Virus record (IMG/VR): IMGVR_UViG_3300032333_000153
Location: 1-56,726 of that record
Strand: one strand, 5' to 3'
DNA: 56,726 nucleotides
Source: a virus
Lineage: Duplodnaviria > Caudoviricetes
Numbering within the stretch: the stretch's first letter is position 1; each line of letters starts with the position of its first letter. This document shows positions 56,076 through 56,726 of the stretch, in pieces. Under the pieces are notes generated by a model. It searched no databases. It worked only from the letters and a program-made list of their open reading frames with translations, and had not been told where the DNA came from. A program made the translations under genes and the position numbers.

Positions 56076-56726
56076 ATGCCCCATAATTCGCTCAAGCTCA
56101 TCCCCGGCGTTGACCAGAACAAGACCCCGGCCCTCAACGAGGCCGCGATCTCAACGACCAGCTTTGTCCGGTTCATCTCCGACCGCACGCTCGGCGGGCT
56201 GGTTCAGAAGCTCGGCGGCTGGACGAAGTTTTTTCCGAACCAGATTGGTTCGACCATTCGAGCCCTGTGGGCGTGGCAGGACATCAACTCCAATTCATGG
56301 CTTGCTGTTGGGGCAAATCAGTCCCTGTCGGCCATCGTTGACAATGGCGCTAAGACGATCACGCCTCAAACGACAGATGCCTCCACTTCAATCAGCGTGA
56401 CAGGCGCGTCGTGGTCTGACGGCGTCGCGACGCTGACCTTCTCGACTTCGTTTCCGTTTCAGCCGGGTACGACCGTTGTCGTTAGTGGCGTCGATCCCAG
56501 CCTAACTCCTCCCGCTCAGGGGTATAACGGAACACATGTCCTGACTGCTGGCGGCTCTGGGAGCATATCCTACGCCATAGCGTCAGACCCCGGCACGTAT
56601 GTGAGCGGCGGAACGATTGTCAGCGCGCAGGGCGTCCCTGTGTCGTTCAGTACGACGGCGGGCAGCTCTATTGTACTTGTCGATGACATCGGCAGCGCAC
56701 TGGACGCCTTTGATGTCGTTGATATC
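56076..56726 (+). CDS. Tail nozzle protein, N-terminal part (runs off the window end)
   Basis: MPHNSLKLIPGV...VRF...QKLGGW...RAL.AW; 217 codons open to the last base. Confidence 0.75.
   Translation, partial: MPHNSLKLIPGVDQNKTPALNEAAISTTSFVRFISDRTLGGLVQKLGGWTKFFPNQIGSTIRALWAWQDINSNSWLAVGANQSLSAIVDNGAKTITPQTTDASTSISVTGASWSDGVATLTFSTSFPFQPGTTVVVSGVDPSLTPPAQGYNGTHVLTAGGSGSISYAIASDPGTYVSGGTIVSAQGVPVSFSTTAGSSIVLVDDIGSALDAFDVVDI

Overview
The window looks like a nearly complete, circularly permuted ~56.7 kb dsDNA tailed phage genome. It is GC-rich and podovirus-like (nozzle and internal virion proteins, no tape measure), and probably infects an alphaproteobacterium, judged from a GapR homologue and a cuckoo-like sRNA. 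One tail nozzle gene is split across the two window ends. Layout: (+) nozzle and internal virion/ejection genes and tail fiber (1-11.3 kb); (-) middle/replication-recombination genes (11.4-21.8 kb); (+) Cro-like gene, primase-helicase and a GTAC-rich putative origin (21.9-24.9 kb); (-) early cassette region driven by four operator-containing sigma70 promoters (24.9-28.3 kb); (+) GapR, GIY-YIG, terminase, C5 methyltransferase, portal, head, GroES, tail/collagen fiber, glycosyltransferase and lysis genes (28.4-56.7 kb). I recognised no integrase, DNA/RNA polymerase, tRNA or CRISPR array. The most interesting signals are: a short xxxGG peptide tag repeated about 29 times across six putative head-internal proteins, with a candidate reader protein; a C5 methyltransferase whose motif IX and three W-x-T-P repeats are encoded in a nested alternative frame; an ejection protein with two internal S74 autocleavage domains; a putative virion-delivered methyltransferase; a collagen fiber plus multi-domain glycosyltransferase cassette; an anti-Shine-Dalgarno sRNA candidate; and two distinct operator families. 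All annotations come from reading motifs by eye; no database search was run.
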